Part shown: positions 58,560-64,000 of the stretch, piece by piece
Position numbering within the stretch: the stretch's first letter is position 1
Layout: every line of letters starts with the position of its first letter
DNA from: Myxococcota bacterium
GTDB lineage: Bacteria > Myxococcota_A > SURF-8
NCBI GenBank assembly: GCA_965140415.1
Contig: OZ223209.1
Coordinates: 1,920,001 to 1,984,000, forward strand
Direction: 5' to 3'
DNA: 64,000 nt
Notes under the pieces: generated by a model
What the model was told of the DNA's origin: nothing
What the model saw: only the letters and a program-made list of their open reading frames with translations
Database searches by the model: none
Made by a program: the position numbers and the translations under genes

Positions 58560-61500
58560 ATGCGTAAGATTAAGCACGAACGCTATGAAGAAATTAAGGA
58601 AAATCCTGGCCGGGGGGGGTGCGGTATTCTGGCTGTGGCGGAATTGCATGATCCGGCGTCACATGAGTTGCTGCAAACCGCATTAACCGGTTTGGAAAGG
58701 ATGGAACATCGCGGAGGAACCCTGGAAGACACCGGTGATGGGGCCGGGTTACTGATTCGCGTGGAGCGGTCGTACTTCGAGCGTTTCCTGGCGGCGGGCA
58801 AGAGCCTGGCGAATCCTAAAGAGCCGTTGATGGTAGGAACCGTTTTTTTCCTGCATGGTGAACGCAACATTCCCGATTACAAGCACGAACTCGATGCCAT
58901 TCTGCGTAACGAGGGCCTGGCTCCCTTGGGTTGGCGAAAAGTACCGACCGAGCCGCAGGCACTTGGGATCCGGTCACAGAGCGACGTTCCCCAGATCTAC
59001 CAGTTATTGCTGGCCAAGGGTTACCGGCGCGAATCGCAGCTTTTCGAAGTGTTGCACCAGGCGAAAGTGACCATCGACGAGCAGTTCTCGGGAATGGTCA
59101 ATGTGGTTTCTTTAGAAGCGTACACGACGATTTACAAAGCGCTCTCGACTTCTTCTCAATTGGCTGCCTTCTATCCCGACTTGCGTGACCCCGCGCTTGC
59201 CACACGCCTTGCCATCGGTCACAGGCGCTACTCGACGAATACCTATTCGAACTGGAACCTGGTCCAGCCCTTCCGACATCTGGCCCATAATGGAGAGATC
59301 AACACCATTACCGCCAACTGTCGTGCGGTGCGCGATGCCGAGCGTTCGATCAATCTGCGCAACATTTTAATGAACCATGGCTCCGACTCCGCCCAGATGG
59401 ATCGTGTCGCTGAAATGATGGCGGCCTACGGTGTCAGCGGCGTTCCCGAAGCACTGCGACGCATGATGCCTCCTGCCTGGGAAGAGGAAGTCCTGGACGA
59501 GCGCCAGCGTCGCTTTTTCGAAGCCAATCGGCGTGCTTTAGGGACGTTGGGAGCCTGGGAGGGACCTATCGCGCTGGTTGCGACAGATGGTCGCTTTATG
59601 GTGGCCGCGCTCGATCGCATGGGCTTGCGCCCTTTGCGTTACATGCAGAGCAAGCAGGGCAGGTTGGTGGTGGCCAGCGAAATCGGTGCGGTGGATATGG
59701 CCGGGCAGGATATCGCCATGGACGGGCAACTGGAACCCGGTGGAATGATTGTCGTCGATCTGGAAAAGGGCACGTTCATCGATCAGAACCGATCCACCGA
59801 CTGGATGCTGGATAGAACGGGATTGAACTACGAACGGCTTTCCTCGGTCGATCTGCAACCGTTATACGATGATACTGTGGCGACTCCGCTTTCCATTCGG
59901 ACCTTGAACGCTTTCGGTTGGACCAAGGAACGTGTGCGCCTGCTAAAGGACATGGCCAAGGGAGCCAAGGAGCCGATTTACAGCATGGGTAACGATCAAC
60001 CCCTGGCGATCTTCAGCGAAAACCATTCTCGGCTGTATAGCTTCCTGCATCAGATCGTGGCGGTGGTCAGCAATCCCCCTATCGATCCCATTCGAGAAGG
60101 CGGAGCCATCGACACCACGGTCTATCTCGGACCGTCGCCGCGCCTGACGCGCGACAGCACCTATCACAGCAGTCCGCAATACAAACTCACCCATCCCGTT
60201 TTAACGAACGATGAGGTTGAGCGTCTGTTGTTGCAACCTGCGTCGGAAACCGCAGCTCGGCGGCTGGATGCAACGTTCATCGATACCGGCAAAGCGCGTG
60301 AAATGGTTCGGCGCATTCACGATCTGACGGAAGAAGCTCTTGGAATCGTTCAGCGACGCGAAGCGACGATTTTAGTGCTTTCCGATCTTGCCGCAGCCAC
60401 CGGTGAGCGTCTGCCTTTGCCAATGCTGCTAGCTACCTGCGCCATTCACCGCGCCCTGGCCGAGAGAGGCAATCGGCGCAGGGTGTCGATTGTCGTACAG
60501 ACCGGCGAGGTGCATGAAGGCCACGATTTTGCCACGCTGCTGGCTTTCGGTGCAACGGCGGTCAATCCTTATGCGATGTTCCATATCGCGCGGGATGTGA
60601 ACTCGCTCGATGATAGCGAGGCCGAAGCCAATATCGTCAAGGCGCTGGTCGATTCGCTACGGCGGGTGATGTCTAAAATGGGAATCACCATGATCGCCGG
60701 ATATCGCGGTTCGGCTTTGTTCGAGGCGGTCGGTATTTCCGCCGGGGTCGTCGATTTCTTCCTGCCCGACACCATCTGCCGCCTGGGCGGTATTCGCATG
60801 GAGGAAATTTATGAAGGCATTGTGGAACGCGCAGGGAGCAGCGAGGAGAAACTGGAGCGCAATCGCAATGTAGCTGTGTATCGGAAAGAAGTTACGGATT
60901 GTCTTCAACTGGTGGCGCGTAACGGTAACGAGCAGGGCGACTACGACCGTTTCGTCACGTTGTTGCAGGATGCGCCGCCAGTGTATTTGCGCGATCTGCT
61001 GGATCTGAGATCGAGAAATCGTCCGCTGCCGGTGGAGGAAGTCGCCGAGGTCGAGGAGATCGTTGCAACTACGATACGTGGTGCGGCCATGAGCCACGGG
61101 GCGCTCAACTCCACCGCCCATCGCGCTATCGCTGCGGCTTTCAATCGTTTCGGATCACGTTCCAGTTCCGGCGAAGGGGGCGAAGACGGTCGCCGGAATC
61201 CGGGCGGTCCATGGGAAAGCGCGCAAAGTCGTATCCGCCAGATCGCCTCCGGGCGTTTCGGTGTCGATGCCCGTTACCTGGTGTGTTCCAATGAAATCGA
61301 AATCAAGATCGGACAGGGCGCCAAGCCCGGCGAAGGCGGTCACTTGCCGGGGCATAAAGTCACCGAGCAGATAGCCCGTATCCGAAAAACGAAACCCGGT
61401 ATCGATCTTATCAGTCCGCCTCCGCATCACGATATTTACAGTATCGAAGATCTGGCGCAACTCGTAACCAACCTGCGAGAACTGCATCCCACGGCCCAGG

Positions 61501-62966
61501 TTTCCATCAAGGTGCCCAGTATCAGCAATCTGGGCACCATCGGGGTGGGGATCGCCAAAACCGGGGCGGACATTATCGTCGTGAGCGGTTTCGAAGGCGG
61601 CACGGGGGCGGCCACGTCCAGCAGCATTACCCATGCGGGTCTGCCGCTGGAGCGCGGTGTCAGCGAAGTGCATCAGTATCTCGTGGTCAACGGTATCCGC
61701 GAGAAGCTGCGCATCCGGGCCGACGGCGGTATCAAGCACGGACTGGAAGCGGCGAAGATCTTGGCGCTTGGGGCCGATGAAGTCTCGATCGGCACCCCGC
61801 TACTGGTTGCGGAATGCTGCATTTTCTGTCGGGGCTGCAACAAGGGAAACTGTCCCGTCGGCATTGCCACGCAGGATGAATCGAAGCAGTCGCAGCGTTT
61901 CATGCGTAACCGCCTGGAACAACGGGATATGGAAAGCGTGCCGGAGGATGAGCGTTACGAAGAAGCCACGAACGGAGTGACGCGCTATCTGCAATGCATG
62001 GGAAATCATTTGCGCCGTATTCTGGCGCGGCTGGGCTTGCGGCATCCAAGTGAACTCGTCGGGCGGGTGGATCTGTTGCAGCAAATCGGCACGGACAATC
62101 CACGCTGGGATTTGCTCGACCTGTCCGAGTTGCTGCTGGATTTCCGGGAAGACGATCGTTCGCTCCAGAGAACGAAGGGTGTGGCAAAATACGCAGTTTC
62201 AGCGATCAATAAACGGATCGTGGAGGAGGCTACAGAGGTTTTGAGCGGCCAGGCCGAGCGTGTATCGATTCCGCTTGTGCTGGAGAACCGGAACCATGCC
62301 GTCGGGGCGACTTTGGCCGGACGCATAGCTGGGGTGAATGGCTTGCGAAAAGGGAAGCGAATCGAGATTCTGGCACGTGGCTATGCGGGGCAGGCATTCG
62401 GTTTCGCGGCCACCAGTGGCATGTACCTGCGACTGGAAGGCTACGCGAACGACACGGTGGGCGAGATCATCAGTGGTGATGCCCGGATCGTGGTGTTGCC
62501 GCCTGAAGAAAGCTTGCGGGATGTCCGATCCAATCTTGTTGGAAATGCCGTGGCCTATGGGGCGACCGGAGGTTGTTTGTACGTTGCCGGGTGTGCGGGA
62601 CAGCGTTTCGGCGTTCGAAATTCGGGGGCGGTGCTGGTTTGCGAGGGCGTCGGCAAATATGCGTTCGAATACATGACCGGTGGAGTCGGTGTGGTGCTGG
62701 GGTCTTGCGGGCCTTGCGTTGGATCGGGCATGACCGGTGGGGAACTGTTCCTGTACGACGCTGAAAAGCAGGTAAGCAATCAGTTGCATCGGGACGTTTC
62801 CCTGTGCGGAGATTCTTTACAGCCAGCGGATACCGCAAGGTTGAAAACGATTTTGGAAGATTTCGTAGCAGAGACACAAAGCCGGGTGGCCTTGGGTATT
62901 CTGCAAAACTGGGAGCAATCGCTACTCGATTTCCGCCGGGTGTTGGCGGCGAAAGGGTTGAACTGA
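58560..62966 (+). CDS. gltB: Glutamate synthase large subunit
   Basis: Propeptide then CG Ntn start, HRGG, GDGAG, HRRYSTNT, HNGEINT, NPPIDPIRE, QIASGRFGV, QGAKPGEGGHLPG, [3Fe-4S] Cys motif, GXGXG domain. Confidence 0.95.
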   Translation: MRKIKHERYEEIKENPGRGGCGILAVAELHDPASHELLQTALTGLERMEHRGGTLEDTGDGAGLLIRVERSYFERFLAAGKSLANPKEPLMVGTVFFLHGERNIPDYKHELDAILRNEGLAPLGWRKVPTEPQALGIRSQSDVPQIYQLLLAKGYRRESQLFEVLHQAKVTIDEQFSGMVNVVSLEAYTTIYKALSTSSQLAAFYPDLRDPALATRLAIGHRRYSTNTYSNWNLVQPFRHLAHNGEINTITANCRAVRDAERSINLRNILMNHGSDSAQMDRVAEMMAAYGVSGVPEALRRMMPPAWEEEVLDERQRRFFEANRRALGTLGAWEGPIALVATDGRFMVAALDRMGLRPLRYMQSKQGRLVVASEIGAVDMAGQDIAMDGQLEPGGMIVVDLEKGTFIDQNRSTDWMLDRTGLNYERLSSVDLQPLYDDTVATPLSIRTLNAFGWTKERVRLLKDMAKGAKEPIYSMGNDQPLAIFSENHSRLYSFLHQIVAVVSNPPIDPIREGGAIDTTVYLGPSPRLTRDSTYHSSPQYKLTHPVLTNDEVERLLLQPASETAARRLDATFIDTGKAREMVRRIHDLTEEALGIVQRREATILVLSDLAAATGERLPLPMLLATCAIHRALAERGNRRRVSIVVQTGEVHEGHDFATLLAFGATAVNPYAMFHIARDVNSLDDSEAEANIVKALVDSLRRVMSKMGITMIAGYRGSALFEAVGISAGVVDFFLPDTICRLGGIRMEEIYEGIVERAGSSEEKLERNRNVAVYRKEVTDCLQLVARNGNEQGDYDRFVTLLQDAPPVYLRDLLDLRSRNRPLPVEEVAEVEEIVATTIRGAAMSHGALNSTAHRAIAAAFNRFGSRSSSGEGGEDGRRNPGGPWESAQSRIRQIASGRFGVDARYLVCSNEIEIKIGQGAKPGEGGHLPGHKVTEQIARIRKTKPGIDLISPPPHHDIYSIEDLAQLVTNLRELHPTAQVSIKVPSISNLGTIGVGIAKTGADIIVVSGFEGGTGAATSSSITHAGLPLERGVSEVHQYLVVNGIREKLRIRADGGIKHGLEAAKILALGADEVSIGTPLLVAECCIFCRGCNKGNCPVGIATQDESKQSQRFMRNRLEQRDMESVPEDERYEEATNGVTRYLQCMGNHLRRILARLGLRHPSELVGRVDLLQQIGTDNPRWDLLDLSELLLDFREDDRSLQRTKGVAKYAVSAINKRIVEEATEVLSGQAERVSIPLVLENRNHAVGATLAGRIAGVNGLRKGKRIEILARGYAGQAFGFAATSGMYLRLEGYANDTVGEIISGDARIVVLPPEESLRDVRSNLVGNAVAYGATGGCLYVAGCAGQRFGVRNSGAVLVCEGVGKYAFEYMTGGVGVVLGSCGPCVGSGMTGGELFLYDAEKQVSNQLHRDVSLCGDSLQPADTARLKTILEDFVAETQSRVALGILQNWEQSLLDFRRVLAAKGLN

Positions 62967-62973
62967 AAACGCG

Positions 62974-63513
62974 TTACTCGTTTCGGTCGTCGTCCGGTTT
63001 CACTTCGCGCGCCTGCACGATGATATCCGGTTTGACGGAACCGCTTGGGCGCGTCGCTTGTTCCGGGGGAACATCCGGTCCCGGTTGCGATTCGAAAGGA
63101 TTCTCGGTGCCGAATCCGAAGCCTTGAGGGGGCGTGCCGAAAGTCTGTACCACCACCTGCTGTTTGAAGCGCTTTTTCAACGTTTCTCGAACCAGGGCGC
63201 GAATCGGCGGAATCAACAGCGAAAAGCCAAAGGCATCCGTTAGAAATCCGGGAGTGAGCAACAAACCACCCGCGAATAAAATCATCAAGCCTTCCACCAT
63301 CGCATCGGTCGGCATTTGCCCGGTATTGAGCGAGGCTTGGGCTTTTTGCAGCGTGCGTAATCCCTCTTGACGAGCCAGCGCTGCTCCCAGAACTCCCGTG
63401 AACACGATAACGGCGATGGTTGTCAGCACGCCGATCTTGGCCCCGATGGTGATCAGCAGATACAGTTCCAATGCCGGAACCAGCGTAAAGAGCAGCAGCA
63501 GTTTTCCAAACAT
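62974..63513 (-). CDS. fxsA: FxsA family membrane protein
   Basis: FTLVPALELYLLI, LARQEG, GLLLTPGFLTDAFG. Confidence 0.92.
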   Translation of the reverse strand: MFGKLLLLFTLVPALELYLLITIGAKIGVLTTIAVIVFTGVLGAALARQEGLRTLQKAQASLNTGQMPTDAMVEGLMILFAGGLLLTPGFLTDAFGFSLLIPPIRALVRETLKKRFKQQVVVQTFGTPPQGFGFGTENPFESQPGPDVPPEQATRPSGSVKPDIIVQAREVKPDDDRNE

Positions 63514-63525
63514 GTCATCCGCCTG

Positions 63526-64000
63526 TTACAAGCGCTCCTCGGTCCAGTCCGGACCCGGCGCGGTAAAGATAAAGTGGCCAGCCGGAAACGTCTGGTTGGT
63601 TTCCGGATTAGAGAAGATCAGGTGATTCAGGTTGCCGATGGTGTCCACCAGTAACGTTTCTTCGATGCGGTGACTTGCCGGATCGAGCACCAGATAAAGC
63701 GTATCGAATTGATTCTTGTCGTGTTTGGGAACGAGTTCCAATACCAGTCGCTTGTTCACCGGCAACACACCTTCCAGGTTTTCTACCTGCAACCGGGTAA
63801 TGGCATAGTCCGCCAGCAGGTCACCTCCACCCCATAAAAACGCCAGGCTCGATTCCAGCGCGCTGCTTTGCAGATCTTCTCGTATCGTCACACGCTTCTG
63901 TTCCCATTCCACCACCCACAGGCTTTTTCCATTGGTGATGAACGACTTCTTTTCCGGTTCGGTATAAGCCCAGTGCATATTCGTCGGGCGCGCGAAATCG
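63526..64000 (-). CDS. lolA: Outer-membrane lipoprotein carrier LolA, 3' part (start outside the window)
   Basis: RP..MHWAYTEPE..ITNGKSLW, LELVPK, DTIGNLN.L.F, F.FTAP. Confidence 0.8.
   Translation of the reverse strand, partial: DFARPTNMHWAYTEPEKKSFITNGKSLWVVEWEQKRVTIREDLQSSALESSLAFLWGGGDLLADYAITRLQVENLEGVLPVNKRLVLELVPKHDKNQFDTLYLVLDPASHRIEETLLVDTIGNLNHLIFSNPETNQTFPAGHFIFTAPGPDWTEERL

Overview
This is a gene-dense bacterial window of moderately high GC. Its gene content (giant Cys/Asp-rich lipoproteins, choice-of-anchor-D/PKD and ELWxxDGT proteins, a multiheme cytochrome) suggests a Myxococcota/deltaproteobacterial organism; this is inference only. Housekeeping genes: galE (partial), mutS, meaB, gltB, fxsA, lolA (partial). 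Accessory content: (i) three giant surface lipoproteins at 10.3-23.3 kb, plus a fourth at 51.7 kb, all sharing a lipobox followed by 'DGD' acidic repeats, flanked by sugar-modifying genes and an atypical Omp85 gene; (ii) a complete TonB2/Ttp-type uptake operon led by a beta-helix lipoprotein; (iii) an eight-gene run (SDR, Tat amidohydrolase, FadL-like, Cys-rich lipoprotein, lipase, DUF2804, LarA, glycerate kinase) that looks like lipid scavenging; (iv) an ArsR-led operon encoding a HybA-like Fe-S protein and one polypeptide fusing an NrfD/HybB membrane domain, a tetraheme c3-like domain and an octaheme-tetrathionate-reductase-like domain (13 CxxCH); (v) an intergenic region with two opposed arrays of 10-bp-phased repeats. 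No rRNA, tRNA, CRISPR array, integrase or transposase was seen. All calls come from reading motifs by eye; no database search was run.
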